From Felis catus (taxonomy: Eukaryota), in the NCBI RefSeq assembly GCF_018350175.1, contig NC_058368.1, positions 6,572,001-6,636,000 on the forward strand: 64,000 bases of DNA, written 5' to 3'. The notes below the pieces were generated by a model, which worked only from the letters and a program-made list of their open reading frames with translations, ran no database searches and had not been told where the DNA came from. How positions within the stretch are numbered: position 1 is the first letter of the stretch; every line of letters starts with the position of its first letter. This document shows, piece after piece, positions 49,729 to 60,928 of this stretch. The position numbers and the translations under genes are program-made.

Positions 49729-51534
49729 AAAGCACACGATGCTTTTCATGTGGTGTTCATCTCGTGGGTTTGGGTGGCCTGGGCAAAGTATCGTGTTTCT
49801 GGGGCACGCGGGCCCCAGTGTGAGATGCACAAACCCAGGAGAAAGGTTTGCTCGTCCTAGGCTCTGTGCTGAAGAATGTAGAAAGACTGAGCATAGGCTC
49901 CTGCTGGAACTGAGGAGATCTACTTCAGGCCCCGAACATGGGCCCAGGATAAGCAGCTAAGGGGATATGTGGAGGAAAGGGCAAGGAGGAGCCCGGGGCC
50001 CCCAGGAGCCCGTCTGGGACTTTCTCGGACTGTCCTCGCGGGTCACTCGACGGTAAAAGCAGAGAGAGGTGTTTTGCACGATCCTCCGGACAGCCTCGCC
50101 CAGCTAACGAGGCCACTGGTTTTCCTTCTGGTAATCGATGGTCAACGGACGGTCCAAGCACACCTTTCTCGGCGCGGCAGGACCGACGTGAGGACTTGGC
50201 ATCAGTAAGCCGCTCCCCCGGGTTTTGAGAGGCTTCCGGACGATGCACGCTGTTTTCCGGTTTTGAATGGTCCTGTGTTTCCAGCGACAGGATGTCATCT
50301 GGCTTTGAACCGCATCCAGTTTCTCAGCTAGTCTGCTTTCTCCTTTAAGCAAGTGGCTCTCAATTCCCTCCCGGTGGATAATTTATTACCGTGTCTTGGG
50401 TGGCCCTGCTTTTAATTGCCAGCTATTCCCCCCCCCCTTCCCCAACCTTAAACATCTTGGGCTTTATGACCCAGCCCTCTGCCAGGGCCGGATCACGGCT
50501 TCCAGAGAAGGGCCAGAGCCGAGCTCTGCCCATCTAATTACGACAGCCCCATCCACAGAGCAGCAAAGGCCTGCGAAATAAACAGTCCCCGCTGCCCTTC
50601 TGTTGTTTATTTTAATCGCTTAGAGAAAAGTCACAGAGGAGAGTTCCTGCACTTGTCATCAGGTTCGTGCAGCCGCGTCTGCATCTGGCAGTCGTGCACG
50701 TAGACAAGATTGTTCATGTTCACCTTTTAAGACAGAGGAGTAAAGGGGGGTGACATGCAAAGAACTATATCCAAGTGATGCAATCTGTTAAAGATGTCTT
50801 CTCTGTCTTCCATTTTCAGCAGGCTGCCCTCCAGTCTGTGAACAGCCTGCATAATTCGTTTGCTCATTCGGTTCCTCCTAATATGTGGTCCCAAAATAGA
50901 TTCAGTGTTCTTGCCTTGACTATGGCGTGTTGCCCCAACGGGATCCGGGGCAAATTCTCTGTGCGCTGGAGAATTATTAATGCGAAGAAAGGCCGGTTGA
51001 CAAACCCCACCTGAAAAAGGAGCAGAAAAGGATTTCCAGACTCTAAAAGCAAGATTAAAATCTCTGTTTCACTCACAGGACACCAGCAGCTGAGGATGGA
51101 GGCTAGAATCTATGGGGAGGCACTGAAAAAAATTCTTATAAAACGCTGAACATTTTGATGCAGTTGTGGTACTAGGAAATCACGGAACAAGTTCCTGAAT
51201 TTTTTTTTAATTGCTAAGAAATATAGAAAATTCATACCGCACCATTTCTCAGAACTCAAGAGTGAAATAAAGAATTCAGTTTTGCTTCAAGGCTTAATGT
51301 GCAAAGCAGTCTGTTTGGCAAAGTGAATTAGTTGGGATTTTTTTTTTTTTTCTGGGTTCCAAGACTAAACACCAGCCACAGGGAGTTAAATCTTATGTTT
51401 TTGCTACAGGAGGCTCTGTCCTTGGTCCTTATCCAGCTCAGATGGTTCTGAGCTGGGGTGTCATAAATGCAGAGAATTATGGTGAGGTCCCTGGCAGGGC
51501 CATTCTGGGGCCTGGGTGCAGGTGCTAACCCAGT

Positions 51535-51650
51535 CTCCTCACTTGTGTTAACTTGGACAAATCACTTAACATGTCTGCAGGCCTCAACACTCCCATCTGC
51601 AGTGGGTAGAAGACTCCCTCACGGTGGGAGAGAGGATTAAATGGGGGTGA
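51535..51650 (+). mobile_element. MIR fragment
   Basis: tgtgttaacttggacaaatcacttaac...ggcctcaacactcccatctgca. Confidence 0.7.
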
Positions 51651-51899
51651 CCCACGATAAAGAAAGCAGGGAACTTCTGTAACCCCAACACCACTCCTTC
51701 CATTTGAGGACATTTTCCTCTGAAAACTCAGGGCTTTCCACATGACACTTCTGTTCCCTTCTCTTTTTCTGAGTGATACTTTTATAGCATGATTTGACAG
51801 CATTGTGTTGGTGGTTTAAAATTTTTATTTTCCTAAAAGAAGTAAGAGGTGGGAGGCAGAGGGAGAGGAGTCAGAAAGAATACCGCGACCTCTGGCCCC

Positions 51900-52140
51900 A
51901 GGCGGCGTGGGGAGGAGAACCTGAGAGTCCTATTGTCTGGGTTAGTATCTGGTTCTGCCACTTCCTGTCTGTGTGACTTGCAAAAAATATCTGTTTGGGG
52001 CTGAGTTTCCTCCTCTGTATGATGGTGGTTCTGGTGGTACCTGCCTCATAGAGCTTAATGCGAAGTAAACAGACAGGGCATAGAAAACACTGAGCACAAT
52101 GCGTGGCTTACAGCGAGCTCTCTAGAAATGTGCACTATTC
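51900..52140 (+). mobile_element. MIR
   Basis: ctggttctgccacttcctgtctgtgtgacttg...agtttcctcctctgta...tacctgcctcatagag. Confidence 0.8.
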
Positions 52141-52269
52141 ATCGCTCTGTCTACCTGTGCCCTCAATAAAGATTTGTTGAATAAGAGAACTCATTAAGTC
52201 ATAAATAAAAAACCAAAATGGAGGAAATTAAAGGATGAATCCCTTCCAAACATCTTCTCCGAATCCCAA

Positions 52270-52545
52270 TAATGCAAGTTTGCAAGGCAGTCAACAAGCC
52301 TGGATTGATCTGGCCCCAAGCAGTCTCTTAAGCCCTGTGTGTTTCTCCTTCCACCCGCCCCGTTCCAACCTCACCAGACTCGAGAGCAGTTCTCCAAACG
52401 CTCCGGGGCATTCCGTGCTCCGAGATTTTAGCTTAGAACCCTGCCCTCCCTTTATTTACTGAGGGAATCCTAATTCTTCGAGGTTCCATTCAAATGCCAC
52501 CTCGCCTGTAAGTATTTCCTGAAGCATCTGGAGTCAGATGTAATT
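52270..52545 (+). mobile_element. L2 remnant
   Basis: gatctggcccc...ttccattcaaatgccacctc...gtaagtatttcctga. Confidence 0.5.
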
Positions 52546-53979
52546 GATTTTTGAAAACAGGCCAGCAGAATTTTATTGCTGTTACTGAAGGTTGTTTGTT
52601 TTACCAGCTGGGACCTGTCCTCTTGATTGCTTGTCCCTCAACAGTCCCTTTGGTCCAGCTGCGGGGAACCAGGAGATCCATATAAGCAGCAGACTTTCCC
52701 CAACACCACGAGGGGACACTTCCACATGCTCCCAGGCTTGGTTTCTTCCTTGCAGTGACACCAACCACTGGGGGAACACATGGGTTATTTGTTGTCTTGT
52801 GTGTATAACAAAGGGGCTGGACTCGTTGGTTAAGCCTCGTCTAACTTTAAAGTCCCATTGCTCCTGGGGTTAGACGGCCCTCACGACTATATGTCACAAT
52901 TCCGGCCCGATCTCTAGCTCTCAAAGACAGCACAAAAGACAACAAAAATTCCCGCCTTCCTCCCCAACACACACAAAAACTGTGCAGTTAGTCCCCCAAG
53001 GGGATTCTTGATTGTCCCTTAGAACTGCCTGGCCTGGGGCACACACAGCAGGGTCTCAGGCGTATATAGATTCTTTGGGACCCCTGGTTATGATCTCATC
53101 TCCCATACCTTCAATGCGATCATGGGACTGAAACCAAGTGATTTATCCTAGAGAGGGGCTGTGACAGACAACAGGTAGGGGACAGACACGTGAGCTCTGT
53201 GACATCTGGAGGGGTATGTGTTTAGATGCAGTGGATTCCAAGAGTCACGCTTCGTTTGAAGGGAAGCATTTTCCACTCCCTGGTATCATCCCTCACCTCT
53301 ACTCGCCGTAGACAATGTGTGGAGGAATTTTCAGTCTATACTGTCCCTTCGTAGAGGTAGAGTGGGTGGTTACGGCCAAGTCCTCATTCCCCCTGTAATT
53401 CTTTGCAGGATAAAATGCCATTTTGTTACACTGCGATGGAGGTGATGATTACACGGCACGCTGAAAAGGACTGATGGCTATTGAAACTACAGAGACTGAA
53501 ATCCAATCTCACGATTTTAGAGGTTCCATTATTCCAGGCCAAATGCTATTCTCAGGCGTTCGGCTTGACGTGCTATAGCCATTGCCTCAGACTAATTATA
53601 ACCCATTTGACTATCTAATTCTAACGGTCTAATTTTATCATTCCGTAATTAAGCTTCCCCTGGCAGCCTGTATTTAGCCATAAAAGGGAAATATTTCCTT
53701 CCCCGTTTTCAAAATTGGTTAAGCGAGACAAGGAACGGTAACTTTACCCACTGAGCTCCACGTTTCTTGTGAGCAATGGTTTTTCTCATTGACTTAAAGA
53801 GCTCATAGATTATCCAGGAAAAAGCTTTTCAGGTATAAATGGTTTGAGGCAATTTTTTTTTTTTTGAAGGACAGGAGGAAATTAGTCAATATTGATCAGA
53901 CGCTTTAATCACTGCTTTGCAGCCAAAGATCCAAAAGGAGAATGAACAGCAATATGTCCTACAATGGATACTTCGTGTA

Positions 53980-54430
53980 TCTGAGAAGCAGATGCTGTTT
54001 ATTGTTTATACAACATCCAATGTACTCTGACTGCACCGCCAATGGAAGGGATGCAGCTAAAGAACTACATTTCCCAGTCTTCCGTGCAGGGAAGGATGGC
54101 CACGTGACAAACACTGGCCAGTGAGATGTCAGCAGAATCGTTAGGCGGGGCTTCTGCAAAAGATTATCATAAGAAAGGTGGACTCGGCGGGAGGACTGTT
54201 TGGGGGTCAGCTTCTTTCTTTCTTCCCAGAAAAAGAACTTGATTACTGGCGCTGAAGCAACCTCCAGTGATCCAGAGGGAAAGGTCAAGAGAATTGCGGG
54301 GGACTTGGCCCTGACATCCTTAAACCAATGCCAGCACCTGCCGACCTCTGGACTTTTTATTGTGATGGAAAAATAAATCCCTGTGTGGTTTGTTTAAGCT
54401 ATTCCGATTTGGCCATTTGGTTACATTCAT
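53980..54430 (+). mobile_element. MaLR solo LTR (MLT1I/J/K-like)
   Basis: actacatttcccagtcttcc..gatggccacgtgac..ctggccagtgagatgt...acctctggacttttt..aaaataaa..gtttaagc. Confidence 0.8.
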
Positions 54431-55859
54431 GCATTTATGTATTTGTCGCCGACTTTATCGCTGTGTATAATGCCTGGAAGGGAACAAGCGCTTGGTGAGA
54501 ATTTGCTGACCACTGAAGGAAGGCGGCAGATTCGTTTGCTGATACAATCTGCAAGCTGGTAAAAGCCTAATTTGTCACTGGGTCTTCTCCAAGGTACAGC
54601 CCACTCTCAGAGGGTACTGAAAAGCCAACTTGCCAAAAAAAAAAAGCACATTTAAAATTCTTCATTTAAACCATGAAGTCTTCACGATATTTCTACGCGG
54701 ATGTAAACTTTTGGTAGTTGCCGATGACCTTTCATTAACATCGTTCCCAAATCATGGAACAAAAGGGGACTTTAGAGATTCCTCCCAGAATATTCCCTTA
54801 CCTGTGTCTAAGCCAGAGTCCAGTCTTGAGCCAGGTAAAGCCCTCCTGACAGTGGGAGGGACTGATCACTGCCCTCGGGATCCTGGAAGCCAGTCCGGCC
54901 CTCTGCACTGTGACCCTTCCGGGACTTTCATAGTTGGAGAGGGTGGTTGTCATAGTTGCTCCTGAACAACTGGCCCGGTGAGAGGCAGACACACTCGGAA
55001 GGCTTCTCTCGCCTCCTTGGCTAAAATGAAGGTGGGTGGGCCAAGGGTTAGCACCTCAAGGTGCTTTCCCTCTTGAGAAACCATATTCCGGGGATTTGGA
55101 CCGTTCCGTGCTCCTTCTTCGTAAAGTTTCTGAGTAGCGTGTGTCATGTTACTTACTCAGTAAATGTGTTTTCCTTGCTTAATTCTGCCCTTTGGGTATG
55201 TAGTCCCAACTGGAGGACCAGGCTCCCTTTGCCCTCAAATTGTCCCCCCCTCAGGACTGCTGCATCTAAATCATACTGTACGTAGGAAAAAAGAGTGGAG
55301 ATTCTTTGGGATACTCCCTACTCCCACGAAAAACCTGGCTGTCCTCTAGAGACCAAGTGATCCACGAGGATCCTTTGTTTTTTTAGAAGAGGTTTCCTTG
55401 TTGTTTGCCACCAGATGTCCGATGGGCTGTGACTGGCACTACTCGCTCCAAGCCCGGATGGGAGGGGTGGGGAGGACAGGCCTCCACACTCCGTGGCAGC
55501 CTCTGGACAGACCCCCGGAAAAGCCCATTAACTATTAATTTAGGTCAAATCACTGAATTATCAACTCATCTTTATACACAAAGAATGGAACTGGAATAGA
55601 TTTTAATAAAACAATGAGGAGCTTTCTATTGTTAGCGCATATCGTTTCCCGGGCGATCAACGCAAACATGTGCTGTATTGGAGGTTGTTTCACGAAAGCC
55701 AGTCAGGAAGAAAAAGCATACCTAGCGATTACGCATCGCTTTATGGATTTACAAAGCATTTTCACAAATGTCACCCTTACCTCTTCACTGAACTCCTCTG
55801 TTTCTTCGTTTACTTAACTGTGAGCTGGGCTAATAAAACTTTCCCCAAGGAGTCGTTCT

Positions 55860-57250
55860 GAGATGCTGTGTCTAAAGCTCCTAGCCCAGGGCCTGGCACA
55901 CAGGAGGCCCTTGGTAGGTGGAGGTTAGTGTTTTCCCATTGGATCCTCGGCTTTTCAGGGTCCACGCACTGTTCTTCCGTATCCTCTCCAGCACGCAAGC
56001 CAACGTCTCCCAGCACCCCCCGAGGAAGGGCGTTCTTCTTGCTCTGACCCTCCGATGCGGGGCCTCTGGTGGGCCTGCCCTCTCCATCATGGCCATACGT
56101 CCTCCACAGACGCCCTCGTTCACTGTGGAGTGTGGCTCACGGTTGCCATCACCCTGGCCTTGCCAACCTCCTGTGGCTTCAGGGCAGGGCCTACCAACAC
56201 TTGGCTTCTCGTGTCCTTCTACTTATTCCCTCCATATTGCTTGACCCTTTGGCCGCTCTGGATGTTCTTTCCTGGAATGGACCACGACACCTTGAGTTCA
56301 AATCTGTCACTCGTGAACCCTGACTCCTCCACCCCCGGTCCCTCAGGAAATCCCAGCCCCCACGCTGGCCCCTCGGCCCCAACTCTCTGATTTTGCCCCC
56401 TGGACACACTCCTCCTTCCCCGCATGTCCTTGCCCATCCGGCCTGGGGTTGGGCACAGCCATCGATCTCTTGCCAATATTCTTAACTCCCCTTCTCCATT
56501 GCACGTCCGGCCCCCAGCAACCCACAGAGGGTTTCCATCCATCCAATCTGTCCGTAAACACCGCAGTGCTTTGGGGGATTGCCACCCGTGGACTTGCTCT
56601 CCCTAGAGGGAGTTTCAAGGTCTCCATCAGGGACAACATCAGCCACCCCAACGGGGCCCCCTCAACCTCACCCTCATCCCACACGCTCAGGGGTTTAGAT
56701 GTCGTCTCTGCGCTTTTTAACACCTGGGATCAGATGCCAGGGACTGCAATGCAAGGAAGTGGCAGAACCCCAAAACAGTCCTCCTTCCACTTATTCCTCA
56801 TAGAATGGGTAGCCCCCGCTACCCGCCCCCCCCAGACCAGGCACTTGATGGTGATTTCCGGACGTGCTGGGACCAACTTTGTGCCGCATGCCCTGTCGCC
56901 TTCCACCAGCTGCTCCCGGGGTCACTGCACCAAGATACCATCACCCCATGTGTTGTCTGGCTTCCAGCCCCTGCCCCTCCCCAGGCATGGGGCTTCCCCC
57001 CGCCCCCCTGCATGGCCGCTTAACTGCATCCTCTCGAGCCCTACTTCATGGCGGCCTGCTCTGTGTCCACTGCTGCCCCGGAAGGGCTCTCTCCTACCCG
57101 CTTCGCCTTGCAGACCTCCACCCTTCCTCAAGCACAAGTGTAAACAGCCCCGACCTCAGGCAGCCGTCCCAAGTCAGGTGTTCCTCGTGGCTGTAGACCC
57201 TGCCAGCGGACTGTCCTTTGTGTCATCTAGGCCTCCTACTGGCGGGGCTC
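55860..57250 (+). mobile_element. Decayed L2 pieces (including probable endonuclease-region remnant)
   Basis: ctagcccagggcctggcacacaggagg L2 end; catacgtcctcca...tggctcacggt...ccaacacttggcttctc resembles the L2 APE region. Confidence 0.45.
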
Positions 57251-57271
57251 AGGGAAGGCGGAGACCCAGTG

Positions 57272-57500
57272 TCATTCATTCTACACACACGTGGAGCACC
57301 GCTGGATGCCAGGATCTAAGGCCGTCACTAGGGGGTGGCCGTGAGCATGAAGGACAGAGGCTCCTGCCCCCCACGGAGCTGGTGGTCCAAGGAGTGGAAG
57401 ACCCTGCAATCAGCAATATACTAACAGGCAGGTAAATCCTAGGGTGTTTTAGAAGGCGATCGGTGCCCTGGAAAAAAAAAGAAAGATTAGAACAGAGTCA
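57272..57500 (-). mobile_element. L2a 3' end
   Basis: tcattcattctacacacacgtggagcacc...tcctgcccccacggagct. Confidence 0.7.
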
Positions 57501-57505
57501 AGGAA

Positions 57506-57730
57506 AGGGTGCCCTGGTGGCTCAGTCCATTAAGCATCAGACTCTTGGTTTCAGCTCAGGTCATGAGCTCAGGGTTTGTGAGTTCCAGCCCCCCATCAGG
57601 CTCTGCTCTGATGGCACAAAGCCTGCTTGATTCTGTCTCCCTTTCCCTCTCCCTCTCCCCTGATCACTGTCTCTCCCTCTCAAAAATAAATAAGTAAACA
57701 TTAAAAACAACAGCAACAACAACGACAACA
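57506..57730 (+). mobile_element. CAN-SINE with (CAA)n-like tail
   Basis: Full body; left TSD aacagagtcaagga. Confidence 0.92.
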
Positions 57731-57735
57731 GGGAA

Positions 57736-57943
57736 GGGACACCTGGGTGGGTTAGTCGTTAAGCATCCGATTCAGGTTGTGATCTCACTGTTGGTGGGTT
57801 CGAGACCCACATCAGGCTCTGTGCTGACAGCTCAGATCCTGGAGTCTGTTTCGGATTCTGTGTCTCCCTCTCTCTCTGTCCCTCCCCTGCCTGCACTCTC
57901 TCTCTCTTTCAAAAATAAATAAAACCATTAAAAAAAAGAAAAA
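57736..57943 (+). mobile_element. CAN-SINE (tandem)
   Basis: Full body; followed by aacagagtaaagga. Confidence 0.92.
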
Positions 57944-58011
57944 AACAGAGTAAAGGAGATTAAGAGTGCCCCAATGCAGTCCCTGCCTTAGAGTATTTGT
58001 TTTAATTTCCA

Positions 58012-58232
58012 TTTTTTAAAGTTTATTTACTTATTTTGAGAGACAGAAAGACAGAGACAGAGAGCACTAACGGGGGAGGGGCAGAGAGAGAGGGAGAGAG
58101 AGAATCCCAAGCAGGATCCACATTGTCAGTGTGGAACCCCACAAGGGTCTCCATCCCACGAAAGCGTGAGATCATGGCCTGAGCGGAAATCAAGAGTCAG
58201 ACGCTTAACCGACTGAGCCACCCAGGTGCCCC
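58012..58232 (-). mobile_element. CAN-SINE (older subtype)
   Basis: TSD gtttt(a/c)atttccattt. Confidence 0.94.
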
Positions 58233-59406
58233 AGTTTTCATTTCCATTTCATTTTTTTTTTAATTAGAAAAATGGCACATGTTCCTTATACAAACATCAG
58301 TCATTGCAGAAACACCCCCATCGCGGGCTCCAGGAGATCTGAGCTTGTTATAGGAGCAGCGGGTCCAGGAGGGCCTTCTGGAGGCGGCGGATCTGGGGAG
58401 GAGCAGCGAGTCCCCGTGCGCACCTGGGGCTCAGTGCGCTGCCTGTCCTGGGGAGGTCTGGACAGGCAAACTGCGGCCTCAGCGGTCAGGTGGCCACCAA
58501 AGGCCACCTGCCCACTCTGCTGTATTTGGAAGAACTTTCCGTGCTTTGATGACACCTGGCAGCGTGAATGGAGAGCCTGGAATTTTCCACTTGTGAGCAG
58601 CAGTGGTGGATGGTATGGAGTTATGGGTTTGCTTCTCTGCACAGAGGCATCTGGACCTTCACAAGGATGCCAGGTGCAGTTATATTCAGTGTCACCTTGG
58701 GCCATGCAAGATTTGCATGGTCCAGAGACCAAACGGCTCATTCTATACTACATTAACTGGAAGTGGACCTTAGGGATCCCAAGGGGGACATCCTCTACAC
58801 CTTAGTATCTACACTGTCCCTGAGTTGAATTCCCTGGGGCCTCACCAGCTTGCGGTATCCATGGGATCACACCAAGAGTAATGACAAGACCGTCACTGCT
58901 CCGGCCCCACCCACCCTGTGCCCCTATTAAGGTTTTAACCACTCCTTCTAGGGCATCCCTCGGGATATCTCACTTGGCATAACCAATTCTTCATCATCCT
59001 TCATCCCAGGGCTGCTCTCTGCTGTCCCCAAGGCCTCATCCCTGACACTCCCCTGGGGTCCTCACTCCTGCATTCTGATTCTCCAACTCTAGAGGGCAGT
59101 CTGCATTCCCTGAGCCTCACTGGGCAGGAGACCTCCCCTCCGTCCTTGCTGCTTGGGACAGGCCTCTCCAGAACGGCCCCTGGAAACCACTCCTTTGGTG
59201 TTATTCTGTAGCCACTTTCCCCAGAGCTTGGATCCAAGTCGCTGGGCCCTGTTGCCCCTTCTCCCCACCCTGGTTTTCTCAGGCACCCAGGCACAACCTC
59301 TTCTCCTTCGAGCGGAACATCTCCATGGTGCTGCTTCCGGGCGGTTCTTGCTTACAGCTCCACACACAGGTCTGGATCATAGTTTAGAAGCAGAGGAGGG
59401 TTTTCA

Positions 59407-59451
59407 GTGTGTGTGTGTGCACGTGTGTGTGCACGTGTGTGCACATGCATG
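59407..59451. repeat. Alternating purine-pyrimidine (TG)n/GCAC repeat
   Basis: gtgtgtgtgtgcacgtgtgtgtgcacgtgtgtgcacatgcatg. Confidence 0.85.
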
Positions 59452-59708
59452 GGCTGCACAGAAGAGTTCCTTGTTTCGTAAGCTGTCAGATTGCCTTTCT
59501 TTGAATAAGTTCCGCCTAATCATTTGTAACCATTTCACAATTAACGAAGAGAAACAAACAAGAATTCAGCTCTTTGTACTAGAGCTGGGTCACAGGCCCC
59601 TCCCTGGCCAGGCTCCTCCGGGAAGGTGTTTCATAAGCATTCTAGCACTTGGAGTCCGGTGGCTTTTTGCTTTTTCTTTTCTACTTTTCACCTATTCACC
59701 TTAGTCCG

Positions 59709-60084
59709 TGTTATGGGCTGACTTGTATCCCCGCCCCATGCATCTGCTTCCGAATATGACCGCATTTGGAGAGAAATTGATTATTTAAGAGGTAATTAAG
59801 TAGAAATGAGTTCATCTGGGTGGACCCTAATCCAATCTGACTGGTGTCCTTTTAAGAGGAGGCAATTTAGACATAGATGCACCCAGAGGAAAGACCGTGT
59901 GAGGACACTGGGAAAAGAAGTGACATCCACAAGCCAAGGAGAGATGATGCATCAAGAAAAATCAAACATGCTGACATCCTAATTGTAGACTTCCTGCTTC
60001 CAGAATGGTGAGAAAATGAATTTCTGGTGTTTAAGCCACCCAAACTGTGGTACTTGTTATGGTCACCCTAAGCAAGCTAATACG
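59709..60084 (+). mobile_element. MaLR solo LTR (MLT1B)
   Basis: Starts TGTTATGGGCTGA; gggtggaccctaatccaatctgactggtgtcctt; tttaagccacccaaactgtggtacttgttatgg. Confidence 0.9.
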
Positions 60085-60284
60085 GTACTTTTAAAATGTT
60101 TTGTTTTGAATTTAATTAACAAAAAAAATCATTTTTAATTGTAAAAAAAAGCATAAGTTCTGTAGGTATCTTGCGAAAGGACATAGGCTACTTTCCTCAA
60201 AATTAAGGGATTTACTTATAATCGCTTCTGACTTTAAATCTTTAAGTGCCCTTTTACCTTGATTCCTTATTGAGTCTGAACCCT

Positions 60285-60440
60285 TAATAATAATAATATC
60301 TTCTCATTGCCTATCTGGTCTTATACTTTTATCAAGAAAAGCCCCATATCTGATCGTCTTTTCATTCAAGATAAGTAGATTAGCCCCACTTTGCAGATAA
60401 GGAACCTGAAGGCAGAGGGTTCCCAGGTTCATCCTGTCCC
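60285..60440 (-). mobile_element. MIR
   Basis: attagccccactttgcagataaggaacctgaaggcagagg. Confidence 0.7.
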
Positions 60441-60731
60441 AACTCACCAGAGAGCTCTAGAGAGAACATATTCCAGAATTCTGGCCAGACCCTGACAGCT
60501 GCTTCCCTCAACAGCCATCCGAACGTACAAACTAGACAACAAAAATCCCAGGCATTGAGAACATAGCGAAGCTGGGTGTGGTGCCTGACGCAGAATATTG
60601 CCAATAAACACTTAGTGACTGGCTTGACTGTTGACCCCATAAACTCTTGTGGATGATTCTCCCCACCAGACTTTTGTTCAGATAAGAAAGCAAATTTCAA
60701 GGTGGTTCCCCCCCACCCCCACCATTGAGAA

Positions 60732-60928
60732 CGCAGCATAGCGTAGTGGTAAGACAGTTAAGCTGGGCGTCCGAACTAGGTTTGGATTCTGACTCTGTCA
60801 TGGTCCGGTTGTGAGACCACTGACAAGTCCGTTATTTCTCTGGCCTTTGGTCTTCTCACCTGTAAAATGAAGGTGTTGGATCAGAAAATTTTTAAAAGCT
60901 CTTCCAGCTCTATAATGCAGAATTCTAA
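60732..60928 (+). mobile_element. MIR3/MIRc
   Basis: gcagcatagcgtagtggtaaga...ctcacctgtaaaatgaaggtgttggatcaga...aagctcttccagctct. Confidence 0.8.

Noticed and set aside
56449..57435. Longest ORF (328 aa)
   Set aside because: TTG start, P/S/L-rich with no recognisable domain, and overlaps decayed L2 pieces of both orientations; a chance frame in C-rich DNA
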